DNA of 61,619 bases, counting the filler, from Platydemus manokwari (lineage: Eukaryota): NCBI GenBank assembly GCA_037951405.1. It is 5 parts of 5 records of this genome, joined end to end, with 100 filler letters (N's around TTAATTAATTAA, not from the genome) between each part and the next. Parts side by side here need not be neighbours in the genome. Positions count along the whole stretch, not along the records: positions 9,221 to 23,927 come from JBBMOY011409200.1; positions 24,028 to 38,678 come from JBBMOY011424755.1; 3 more parts are not named here. One strand, 5' to 3'. The notes beneath the pieces were generated by a model, which did not search any database, was not told the DNA's origin, and saw nothing but the letters and a program-made list of their open reading frames with translations. The position numbers and the translations under genes are program-made. Below, in pieces: positions 13,201 to 24,752 of the stretch. The stretch's first letter is position 1, and each line of letters opens with the position of its first letter.

Positions 13201-14146
13201 ATAAATATTTTACTATAACCTTCATTTCGTATTGATTTCATTGATAGTAGTTAAAAAAGAACTCTTCCATAACAAAAAACCACTAATCTTGATCGTATCA
13301 TTAGGACTATTGTGCTGACAGACAACATATTGATTGGTTGATCAAATGTAGATAAACGAATTTTACTAGCATGATTGATAGAAATATGTGAACACCCATA
13401 CAGCATGATTTGAGTGCAAACTTCTTCAATAATAATAAATTCGACAATAACAAATAGACACTAATAAAAATGAAGAATGATGACATTGATAAATCGATAA
13501 AAAAATATTCATTATTTCAGCACAAAAGCACGAAATTTCCAATTCTTATACTAAAATATTTGTAACAAAAATATGTTAACCAACAATAAATCTTCTATTA
13601 ATTTATCTCCATAGCAACTGTGATGCTCATCATTGACTCATAGATTAAGCACTTCGATTTCTTTGACATGTTGGTTGTAATATGAATATCGATGTGAAAC
13701 AATAATTTATATTGGAATAAATTGCATCATTTTCCATTTAACACGGAAAAAATTGGTAAGAAATCTAATTCCAAATTACTGAATATTTATTTGAAAGAGT
13801 ATGATGAAAGTCAGTAATTATTTTGAAAACTGAAACACTGGGAACTCATGAAAATGTTGATTAAATAATAAAATATTGAAATAATCCATTTACAGTTATT
13901 CCATGAATTAATGAAACATTAGAAGATCACTGAGTTGCAATAAAATGATTGAAACATAGTAGATGATTCTATTTATACTTTTATGATGATGAAATTCCAT
14001 TTTTAAAAATGTCCCTCACTCATAAAAATATACGAGTTGTATTCATCTCATAATATGAATTACCCAATACTTTTGTTCTATTTTCATTCATATAAACATT
14101 TAGATTCAAAACCAAAGCGTTTTCTAAACACAATTAAATATTTATA

Positions 14147-14242
14147 AGATGAAAGATAGTAGTAGTTTTGCTTTAATATTGAAAGAAACGGGTGTGATTT
14201 TTAAATAAATAAATTGTAATGGAAGCAACTAATGTTTTTACT
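14147..14242 (+). mobile_element. Diverged solo LTR of the 2017-3140 family
   Basis: TTTGCTTTAATAT...GTGTGATTTTTAAATAAATAAA...ATGGAAGCAACT...TGTTTTTACT aligns to 3064-3140. Left boundary approximate. Confidence 0.7.
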
Positions 14243-14411
14243 ATAATAATAGTGAGAAGAATAACCGCCGTAGTTTTAATCCTTGATGAAATTTATTTTT
14301 TTAATAATTCATTAATAGGTTAATTTTCTTAATTATTTAATTTAATATATAATCTACCAATTTAAAATGTAATAATTTTGCAGTTATAAAACCTAATATA
14401 ACCGTACGAAT

Positions 14412-14907
14412 TGTGGGGTAGATCACAAGAATCAATGAAATAAAACTAAAAAGGATCGACCACAAAGATCCGATAATCACATATGCGGCAGGCAATCAGA
14501 TTCGTTTTAATATTAATCCCTATTTAGAAGTTAAAAATTTACAAGCCATGTACCTACAAATGGTATTCAACCCAAATATCTGCCAATGGTATAAGAGACA
14601 AGACTAAAATTGCAAGCAGATTGATGTAGGAATGAATTTAGAAAATGGAAAACGAAGATCCGTGACTCCAATCAGACACACTCAATAGGTCTATAAAAAA
14701 GGTTGAATTCCATGGGTTAATCTCAACTTTTGCCTGATTTTCAGCAATCACTCCTTTTGGTTGCTTTCTATTCTGTCTTTGACCTTTGGGTGCTGATCCC
14801 ATCTTGTCTGATAGGCTATCATTGATTTGAAAAGAGTTTATTGTAATTGAGCTTATAACATTTCAGTTAATATAATTTTCAGGTTTAATTGTTGATTATA
14901 ACACCCA
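14412..14907 (+). mobile_element. Solo LTR, family of 23393-23851
   Basis: Shares ATTCGTTTTAAT..TAATCC.TATTTAGAAG, ATGGAAAACGAAGAT, ATAGGTCTATAAAA..GGTTGA.TTCCATGG and TGCTGATC blocks. Starts TGTGG and ends ...CCCA. Confidence 0.8.
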
Positions 14908-16317
14908 ATGAGATGATAAACGATTATTAACTAACTTATTCATTTTGACCCAACAAAAATAACCAAAAAATGAGCATAAAACAATATAAAATTTTTTTCA
15001 AAATAAGTCGCAAATTAATAAAATAATAATGCCAGAAATTACCAAAATATTCATAATTTTTTAAAATTTGTTTTACTGCATCAAAATTAATCGACATTAA
15101 AGTCATTAGGAAAACCTCATCGAAATCTACGAATAGAACTATCGATGAACGGAAAACAGAAATAATTACATTAGTTGCTAAAAGTTGACACTAAAAATAG
15201 TAACCTATGCTGTACATATGTTAAAATTAGCAACATATGCTACTTAGCATAAAATGTTACCAAAAATAGCAACAAGATGCATGACTTCATAATAATACAC
15301 AATAACAGACAATCATCGAATTTCGACTAATCACAGTTATAAAATTGTAAGACTTTTCGCAAGCTCAATTCCGAAGCTATTTATATTTCAATTATATGCC
15401 CATTTTGATACTCAGATTCTGAAGAATTTTCTATTTTATTGTATGCCAAATTTAATCCTCAAATTTTGAAGAATTTTATTATGCATCCTGTGAGTAATTT
15501 TATTATTAGTTTAACTAAACTTCAACCCCCAGCTAGTCTTAGCATCGTGGTTTACTAAAATTCATAAGCCCTACTTAAAGTTCCCCACTTTCTTTTTGCC
15601 ACGAGAGGCTTACCCGAGCACCTAAGCGGTACGCCCTTTACTGTTTTCTTGACTAACACTCTTTGTTCCTACAATAGCGAACACCGCCTTTAGTGATTTG
15701 AATTTATTGTACTCAGATTGTTAATTTTGATTATCAATACATTTTATTTTGTTCTATTTTACTTTTATTCGTTGTATTTTAGTGCATTTTTATTTATACC
15801 TTTAAATATTATTCTTATTATATTAACGAGCAATCAAGCGACAACAATCTCTTATCTGTTTGGAGTCCAGATAAGTTGAAAATTTTAGAGTAAATATAAT
15901 CATTGATTAAAATCCTTCTGATAATCATTACAGTATTAGTTGCAGCGTTTACAAATTGTGTATTTGTAATTTGAATTTATAATTACTATAAAACCACCTC
16001 GACAATCTTTAACGTTTATCACACGAAACACATACAAACTACTGTTTGTAAATTATATTGCAATTATGTATTGTTGCCAGTTTGAAGCCAGTTTCAGATA
16101 GTTGAAATGTATTTTATTGCTGAACAGATCTTTTGTGAATTAAATTAATCCCCACTCAACACAAGCATTTTATATATGAATCACTTCAAATATACCGTAA
16201 TTCAAGATTCTATATGAATTACAACTTATTAGATATATTTTATAAATCCAAAAATGAATCGATATGAATCCAATCGTTTGATTATAATGGAATAATTATT
16301 TTTCGGATTAATTGTAA

Positions 16318-17997
16318 ATGGGTATCATGTATTCGAAACTTCTTTATCAATCGAAAGCAGTGATGGTGGATAAAGGAAATTTCACATCAAATTTGTCTTT
16401 AGAATCAACAATTGTAATAAAAAATATTCCAAATTCTTTATTACCCATTAAATCGGCTCTGAAAAATGTATCACACGACAAATATCCACCTTGTAACACT
16501 GAGAAAATGAGAGCAAGTATTGACAGTTGTAAAACGCAGACTGAAATTCACGTAGAAAATATTTTAGAAAGAGATGACAAACATAATGATAAACGAAACT
16601 TACTAAGTTCGAAAATTCATCCAAAAAACCAAATCGAAAAGTTGGGTCTCCATGAAGTGAGATTGAATGATCAATCGTTTTGTTTCAGTGGAGTAATATA
16701 TTTACCGGAATGTTATATTGTGCTTGCTCATTATCTGACACTCTATCGACTGAAATTGGATAATTTAGATCAGTATGATTTCGAAAATTGGTGCTTAACT
16801 GTCGGTCATACCGAAACAGCTTGTAAACATTCCCAACTTCAAAAAGTATATCGACAATTGAAAGCTAATTATTTCAATGATGCTTTCATCATTAATCGAT
16901 TCTTATCCAAGCAAAATGTTCATTTACGAATTTCTGACAGTTTCGGTGACCGAAAAAAACCTCTCCGGGCGTTCGTCGTAGTTGGTAAACGATTTTCTGT
17001 TGTTAAAAGTGTTATGGACTGTTATTGTTTTAATGTACGAGGAAAAATACCTTTTATAATCAGAACGATTGATGAATACAGAAACATGTTGAAATCATTT
17101 GACAGAAATAGAATAACTAAATGGAAACCCTATGATTGTGATCTACCGAAGTGTAAAAATGTATCCAATGCATGTTATGATAAATCAGCATCTACACCAC
17201 GTGATTATCCAAAAATAATTGCCGAACCTTCGTCTAATGTTATTGAAGTTTTAAACATACATCCGAATTCTATCAATGATTTGAGATGTGTAGGCAATGA
17301 TACCAATAAGAAATCAAACCCTAACAGTGAATCTTATTCTAATTATATGCGATACCAAGGATATAACGCAGATATAAACACTATGTTTTACAATTCTCCA
17401 ATAGTCTGTGATGGTATCACATACAATGTCGTCTCAATAATCGGCAATAAAAATTATGCCTATATTCTCTGCAAAAATACATTATTTAATATCAGTTCTT
17501 GTGATTTAATGAATTTCCATTCATTCAACATAAACAATTCCTGGTCAACAGATGGAAACCAATCTAATTCCTCCAATCCTATCCAAGCTTTGAGAGAAAT
17601 AATGCAAAAAGAAATATGCGAATCGTTAATGGAAAAGTTTTATGGTGTTTCTTTGAAAGATGTGCCATGTGGTTTGTTTTATGTAGTACAGTGCACTGTT
17701 GATGGGCATGTTTGTGAGACCAATTCGTTAATTAATGAAATTCTCACTCGTCATAAAGTGTGTGGGAAAGTTATCAGTAAAGAATACAGTTTTGAATTGA
17801 AAAATTCCAGTGATTTAAATTTCATACTCCATCTCCATGGAAACGAAAGACATGTTCTAAATTGTACAAATGAATTGAAAATCGAAGGATTAGCTCGCAA
17901 TTTCAAGCTCATCCATCCACAGTCCGGGAAATCAATAAATGAATCTTTACGAACGGACAATCAAAGAACAACTGGAAACATGAGTTTTCGTGATTGA
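16318..17997 (+). CDS. Intronless 559-aa protein of unknown function, possibly with degenerate RRMs and a zinc-knuckle-like motif
   Basis: 1.68-kb uninterrupted ORF in very AT-rich DNA, ATG to TGA. Motifs STIVIKNIP, PSSNVIEVLNIHP..KNYAYILC and WCLTVGHTETAC. Confidence 0.8.
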   Translation: MGIMYSKLLYQSKAVMVDKGNFTSNLSLESTIVIKNIPNSLLPIKSALKNVSHDKYPPCNTEKMRASIDSCKTQTEIHVENILERDDKHNDKRNLLSSKIHPKNQIEKLGLHEVRLNDQSFCFSGVIYLPECYIVLAHYLTLYRLKLDNLDQYDFENWCLTVGHTETACKHSQLQKVYRQLKANYFNDAFIINRFLSKQNVHLRISDSFGDRKKPLRAFVVVGKRFSVVKSVMDCYCFNVRGKIPFIIRTIDEYRNMLKSFDRNRITKWKPYDCDLPKCKNVSNACYDKSASTPRDYPKIIAEPSSNVIEVLNIHPNSINDLRCVGNDTNKKSNPNSESYSNYMRYQGYNADINTMFYNSPIVCDGITYNVVSIIGNKNYAYILCKNTLFNISSCDLMNFHSFNINNSWSTDGNQSNSSNPIQALREIMQKEICESLMEKFYGVSLKDVPCGLFYVVQCTVDGHVCETNSLINEILTRHKVCGKVISKEYSFELKNSSDLNFILHLHGNERHVLNCTNELKIEGLARNFKLIHPQSGKSINESLRTDNQRTTGNMSFRD

Positions 17998-19797
17998 TAG
18001 ATAGACGAGTTTTCATATAAATATACGAAATTGAATTGAACATTTATATATTGAAAGGATATCGTTATCCAGTTTGTTCGTTTGACTTTGGAAGACCTTC
18101 ATGAAATGAACAAAATATACGTTTTACGAGTTAGAATTAGATTTGTCGCTTACACTAAACTTTTAAGTATATTAGAGAGATAAACCTGAGCTCACAAATA
18201 AGAAAAATATTACTTCTAATTTATTAATATTTGTATCGGTAACTAAGACATAATGTTCTCTCCAATAGTGGATAACTCATTTTGACCGAAATTATGATTT
18301 GGTCTATAGTGTTTGAAACGAATCATTGGATAAGTACAGTAAAGTTAGTTTTAACTAGTAAAATGCTATTCATATTGTTACATATTATTTTCCCTAGTCA
18401 CTACTACTTCATTTTCTGAATATTGGATTTTATTATAACTTTCCAGCGTTCTTTTGGTGAACCAAATTCATCGTAGAAGAATAAGAATTTCTTGTAGAAT
18501 TAAAATTTTACAATGTTATTTTCCCTGATTAATAAAAAAGTGACAAATCAAAGAACTTTTAATAAGAAACAATCAACTTAATGCCCTATGATCATCTTAA
18601 TCAATACTAAAATTGGTAAAATCCAATAAAAATTACTCAAAAGCAAAGAGTCCCATATATATACTAATGTTTTCGATGGGTATGGTTAAGATTACATTAA
18701 ATAAGGAGCTCAAGGTCACTTCAAAATGTGTGAAAATTAATGAGTTGCTACGATCTATAATCTATTTGTAATTTCCGTTGTAATATTATTATAACTTGAC
18801 TCCAAAAGGTGCAGATTTATTTTAGAGTTTATGGATAAAACAGAAAATCTTCTAATAAAATATAATTGTAAGACAAACACAAATGGTGAATGATAAAAAT
18901 TAGATATTACTGATTAAAAAATAACCACAAGAAGTTTAGATAGATTATTTATTTGCTATATATTGTTGTGTCAGAGATTATTTTCTCCTATGCAGGAGAC
19001 AAGAGAATGATTTTTATTAGTTATAATTTGGTTGGACTGGTTCCAAATCAAACAAATTGATGATTATTAAGAAATATATTAATAAATAAAATTACTTGAT
19101 GAGATGAAATAAAATAATTTGATATAAAGGAGCGATTGTACACACGTTACAATAACGATTATTGATAAATCAATAATAATTTTCCAAATTGATTAGCAAT
19201 TTTAGTTATACAACTGAAATACTAGAATATGTGTGCTTCTTATTACGAAATTTTGTCTCGTTAATAAGAGAAGTATTGATTTTCAGTTTCCATGAATTCG
19301 TTTCTGTTTTTATACTAACAAAGTCCTCTTTATTTTTTACTTCTTGTTATAATTTTCCATTTATATTTATTTCTTGTTATTTTTAATTTATAATTTATCG
19401 TTTACAATTTTTAGTTATTTTGCTTTAAATGAATTATTTATTGATTAATTTAATTCTATTTTCAATTAAATTCGTCATGAAAATTTTGAAATTTTTTATT
19501 AAATTATTATTTCTCTGGGGGTGGGATTTAATTTTTTATCTGGTTGTTTTGTTTCAATGATTAGATGGTTTTTTAAAATGTATAATTATTACTTAATTAA
19601 AACAAAGCTATTAAAATTTATTAAATAATTTTTAAAATTTCATTTCACATATTTTGCAAATTAAAAGATCTGGATTTTATATTATTATTAATTTTAAAAT
19701 TCGTAATATTCAATTAATAATTAAAACACATGAAATAATAAATTAATTCAAGAAATTTGTTTAAATAGCTGAAATTTAATTAAAACAACAATTAAAA

Positions 19798-21379
19798 ATG
19801 ACTCATGGATTTCTTAAATTTGAAAAATTCAGACAAGAAATGATTAAAAATCATTCTGATGGTTGAATTATATTTCTATCAAAATGTTTATTTGACTTAC
19901 ATTTTCCATAAGATAAATTTTTCATTCTTCTATTGACAAATCTGGAGAGGATTTTAGGGAAATTAACCACAATTCATCAGCAAATTTTAAAAGAATCATT
20001 AACAAACAATTTAAACACAGAAGTCAAGTTAGCTTTAATGAAATTGAGAAAGTTATATTCATAATATTTACAATCTTTTCTTTCCAGAAAAAATAATATC
20101 TCCGGAAACAATAAATATTCAAAAGTCAGGAAAAACATTTGATGCAGACATTTTAATTATCTAATTTTATAAGGTTTCAGAAAGCGTTGTTTCTGTTGAG
20201 AAGAAATTTGCCAAAGAATTTTCCATATTGACCACAACGGAAAGTAGTGCTACAGAACTATCATCGTCAGAAATTCATAGTGGTTTTTCAAAAAATTCCT
20301 TTTATTCTTCACCAAGATCTAATGTGAGCATATCAATATTTGGTTAGATGTTTATCAAAATTAACAAATTTAAGATGGAACGTTGGAAGGTTGGATCAAA
20401 CAAATCGTATTTCTCTTATAAAACCGATAGTGAAAATTCGACATTAAAATCTTCTGTAAAGCTTAAAATGGGTTTTTTAAAGTTTTTTATTACTAACTGA
20501 ATTCTAGACTTATTCAAACGATGACGATTCCAGTATGCATTTCAAACCGTTACCGACTTACAGTGGAACTTCACTGTCAACATCAATATCAAAACAATAT
20601 AAATCTTATCAGTCTAGTAATAAGGTTTTGAATATTTTTCAGTCAAACATACAGTGAATTGATGTTGTTTAGAATTCTATAAAATCCGAGAAAGATCTGT
20701 TCACATACGAAGGATCTGTTTCATCCAGCGAAAGACGTACATTATATTCTGACAAAAGGTTGTAAAAAATAATTTTCGGATTTTTTTATTTTCATTGTTA
20801 TGATTCTTTTAGTTTGTCATATCGAAATGAAAGTTCAGATACGAACGGATACAATTTGAAAGTAACTTTTCTTATTATTAAGGTAATGTATAATACATCA
20901 ATAGAAAATATCAAAATTCGGAAATAATCACTCGAGCTCAAAGGGGTAATTGCTTTTGTTAAAAAATTTTCAAATTAGCAAAAAAGTTTTGCCAATAATA
21001 ATTAAAATTCAATAATTTATAATAATTTATTTTCATTGGCTTAATTACATCAATGAGTTACTTATTAATTTTTATAGCAAACGTATTAGTAAATAAGTTT
21101 TCTTTAAATATAACGTAGTTGATTAACTAATTCATTTATTGTAGATCATCTAAGATGAGCGTCTGTTCAGAAGAATCGTAAGATGATTTCTGATATTTTC
21201 ACAAATAGTATTGAATTGTATTTTAGAGAAAAATCGAATTTATTTTTCGAAACATACATTGCTAGTCCAAACAGGAAGGCATTCATTGATGAAAAGTACT
21301 ATTTTCAACTCGTATAAAAATTTCATTGATATTTAGTCCTACTAAAATCTGCCAATCTACGCCGAAGTGGAACCGTTGA
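19798..21379 (+). CDS. Complete 12-exon Ser-rich protein of unknown function, 302 aa. Exons 19798-19861, 19913-20051, 20088-20124, 20174-20323, 20375-20455, 20508-20624, 20673-20758, 20813-20861, 20905-20945, 21145-21177, 21227-21295, 21337-21379.
   Basis: Eleven GT-AG introns (51, 36, 49, 51, 52, 48, 54, 43, 199, 49, 41 nt) all preserve one frame, giving 909 nt from ATG to TGA. In-frame stop upstream of the ATG. TACTAAC branch point at 20491. Confidence 0.85.
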
Positions 21380-22989
21380 TTTGGAAACTCACTGAAGACA
21401 TTTCCCAAAATTTTACTTTTAATAATTAATAATTTTTTTTAATAATTTATTTAATAATTTATTTTGATAAATTATTGTCTTGTTATTTTTGTGGATTTTG
21501 AGTGATTTTATTGTTAATACTTTGATCTTTCACCTTTATTAAAGAATTATTTTATTTGATGGGTTTACTTAGGTTCGTAAACAACGAGGTATTATTTAAA
21601 ACAATTAATTCAAAATTATGCCTAAAAAATGTTCGTCCAAGGCTTGTACTGCTAAATAGCTAACAGTAGTTTTTGTTTTTATAGCCATAAGCTTGTGTGT
21701 TTGGTTCATCACGCATGTGCTATGGTGTAACAAATGAAACGTGTTGACAAACTTATTTTCAATACAGTAAACATAGATGAAAAATGTACTTTAATTTTTG
21801 TACAACATAAATGATCAAATCAATTTTTGCTACTAACTGGCTTCTGCTAGTAGAGTTGATAATATCAGGTATAATGACAGTATATACATATATGTGTGTG
21901 TGTCAAATTAGCGTTGTTTTTACTGTTGATTCAGAAAACTTTGTTATACAAGCATTTCCATTTGTTCCTCATGCTTTTAGAGTTAATCTTTTGATTGACA
22001 TGCCGTTATGAATCTGTATGCATGTTTGCCATGAATGTCTGAAATTCATCTCATTCTTCAATTTTATTTCGATTCTTTCACACTTAACACTTGCTTCTTT
22101 GATAATATTTTGTGATTTTCGTGGATTTTTATTTATCAGTCTCTATCTGTTTATTAACTTTAATTATATTTGAAATGAATTTTCTGATAGCTCTGGGTGT
22201 ATTTGCATCTAGATTTAGGCTTGTGATTAGGTGACAGGTTAAACAATATCAATATTTTAAAAGTGAATTTTAATGAATTTTGTATTCTAATCATCTTAGA
22301 TGATTTGAAAATTGTATAATTTAATCATAAGCGAATATTTACCAATTTAGAAGATCTTTCCAATTTTTATAAAATGAATATCATTAAAGTTTGATTTGGT
22401 TTCTTGAGAACTGTTATTTTATGGTTAATTAACGTATTTCATTATTCCCTATTTATTGGCTGACGTTAAATATCTCTCAAACACTAAGAAGATTCAAAGC
22501 ACTAATAAAGTAATGCTTGGTAATAGTTTAAAATAGTTTAAAATAATAAAATAACAATTATTTCAAAAAAATCAGAATATAAAAAATTAAATTTAATAAT
22601 TTTGAAGTTTAATTTTTAAATTAAAAATGTTTATTTTTACAAATTGGATAATAAATATTATTTTTAATATATATATAATTGAATTATTTTGTATTTAAAT
22701 TTATATTTTATTTGATTAAAAATGTTTTCACTGTAATTAAAATGTTAAAACATTAAAAATGAATAATATAAATAGGTAAGTAAAAAAAAGTATGGTCGAG
22801 TGTGTAAAAACCTTTGAAAAATAATTAAAAAATTCTAAATAAATATATTTAGAAATATTCTGAACGAAAATCATTAACAGTTTACATCAGTCAAAAAATA
22901 AAAATTAAAAAAATATTATAGAAGAATTTGTCTGAGAGAATCAATTTAATAATGTGTGCAGGAACATGATAAGAGAGCCCATTTTTGAC

Positions 22990-23228
22990 AATAACTGCCA
23001 GTCCTTTATGATCGGTAACTTCGATTCTGTTCTTTGACTTTTGCATGATTTTTCCGATAGCCAGACTTACTGGTTGTCTGTTATTCTGTTTTGACTCTCA
23101 CGTGCTGATCCGTATTGAGTGATAATTTACTATTGTGTGGTGATAATATTTTTATGGTAACCACGGGCGAGTCGAATTTGTGATTCTGTAGCTTAAATTA
23201 TAATTTCGTTGTTAGTTAACACTCAACA
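22990..23228 (+). mobile_element. Partial (3' half) LTR, family of 23393-23851
   Basis: CTGCCAGTCCTTTATGATCGGTAA...TTTTGACT..CGTGCTGATC..TTGAGTGAT, ending ...CTCAACA. Confidence 0.7.
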
Positions 23229-23392
23229 GTATGAATTTGTTTAAACTAACTGGAGTTCGATAAAAAAACAAGGGTTTTATAATTGATTTTGCCAATATTC
23301 ATGTTATATTTGTAATAAAATATTTATTTCAGGGAGATTATGCGAATTCTTCAAATTTCCAATTTCTATTGTGAATAATTTACCCAAACTAT

Positions 23393-23851
23393 TGTGGTGG
23401 TAATTCGTTTTAATGTTAATCCATATTTAGAAGCTGAGAATCGACAGGCGCATGCCTATAAATGGCAGCAAGCTCAAATATCCGTCAATGCCACATGAGA
23501 TGTAAGAAAAATCTCAAGTAAATCGATCCAAGAACAAATTCACCAGATGGAAAACGAAGATTCTCGACATCAAGCAGACAAACCAGATAGGTCTATAAAA
23601 GAGGTTGAGTTCCATGGATATCTGCCAGTCTTTTTTGATCGGTAATTTGAGTGCTTAACTTATGTGTGATTTTAGTCATCAGTCTTTTTGATTGTTATTC
23701 ATTATGTTTTTGACTTTCGCGCGCTGATCTCGTCTTGAGTGATTTACTTTGTGAATTGTGAAAAGATTTGCTGTTGTTGTTGAGACTTTGAGTGTACAAT
23801 ATTTTAGTTAATACAATTTTCAGATCTAAATTGTTGATTGATAACCCAACA
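23393..23851 (+). mobile_element. Solo LTR (459 bp, TGT...ACA) with 4-bp TSD CTAT
   Basis: TGTGGTGG...CCCAACA flanked by CTAT at 23389-23392 and 23852-23855. Internal TATAAAA. Homologous copies at 14412, 22990 and 38881. Confidence 0.85.
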
Positions 23852-23852
23852 C

Positions 23853-23853
<1 letters not shown>

Positions 23854-23927
<74 letters not shown>

Positions 23928-24027
23928 NNNNNNNNNNNNNNNNNNNNNNNNNNNNNNNNNNNNNNNNNNNNTTAATTAATTAANNNNNNNNNNNNNNNNN
24001 NNNNNNNNNNNNNNNNNNNNNNNNNNN
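23854..24027. repeat. (ATT)n microsatellite followed by assembly spacer (23928-24027)
   Basis: Directly visible. Confidence 0.97.
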
Positions 24028-24752
24028 TTAATGGAATTAGAAATCGTTAACGATAATAATCATTAATAAGCGATCAATAATAAAACTTAATGTTACTATA
24101 TAATATAATTTCGTGGCATAACACATTCAATAACAAAATGCGCCTTAAATCGCTTTTAAAATGAAAGTTTTTATTTCTCGACTAAAAATATTATTTGCCT
24201 TCGATAAAATCCTTATCGTTTTAATATATCGTGTGAGGAATTTTACAAACCAATCAATTATTTAAAACATTGATGATTGAATAATTTTTATTAACACACA
24301 CTCGTGTTTGTTCTTGATCAAGACGGACATTATTTAAACTTCTCTTGGAAATATTTTCATTTGTTTAAATAATGTGTGAAGATTTTAAAATGGAGTTGAC
24401 GATGAAATTGTTTAACTAATTATAGTTGAGTATAATTTTGGTTTCGTGACTTCAGTAAGTGTCCAATGTGTGCCTTTTAAAATAGTAAAGGCTTACAATC
24501 TATTTTTAGAAACACACACGTCTCCATGAATTATGTCGATAATTCTGATAATATAATCGATATGTAAACTGCTAACATGCGATCCATTATGTTCGTTTAT
24601 TTAATATGAAAGGATAAGATAGAAACAGAAATATTTTATTGAAATATTGATTTGATATATAAAAATATCGAATAGATCACTGATAAAATAAACGAGCCAT
24701 TTATTACCTTTTATTATTATTGTCATGATTTTAAAAATTATTTTTGTTTTAG

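Noticed and set aside
15118-15130. ATCGAAATCTA resembles part of the planarian spliced leader as I recall it
   Set aside because: No following ATG|GT donor, stem-loops or Sm site.
21618-21730. Cys/His pattern suggesting a PHD finger of a LINE ORF1
   Set aside because: Needs several frameshifts; insufficient support.
23792-23983. Poly-Leu ORF (also poly-Ile ORF at 49547-49738)
   Set aside because: Translations of (ATT)n/(AAT)n microsatellites and N spacers.
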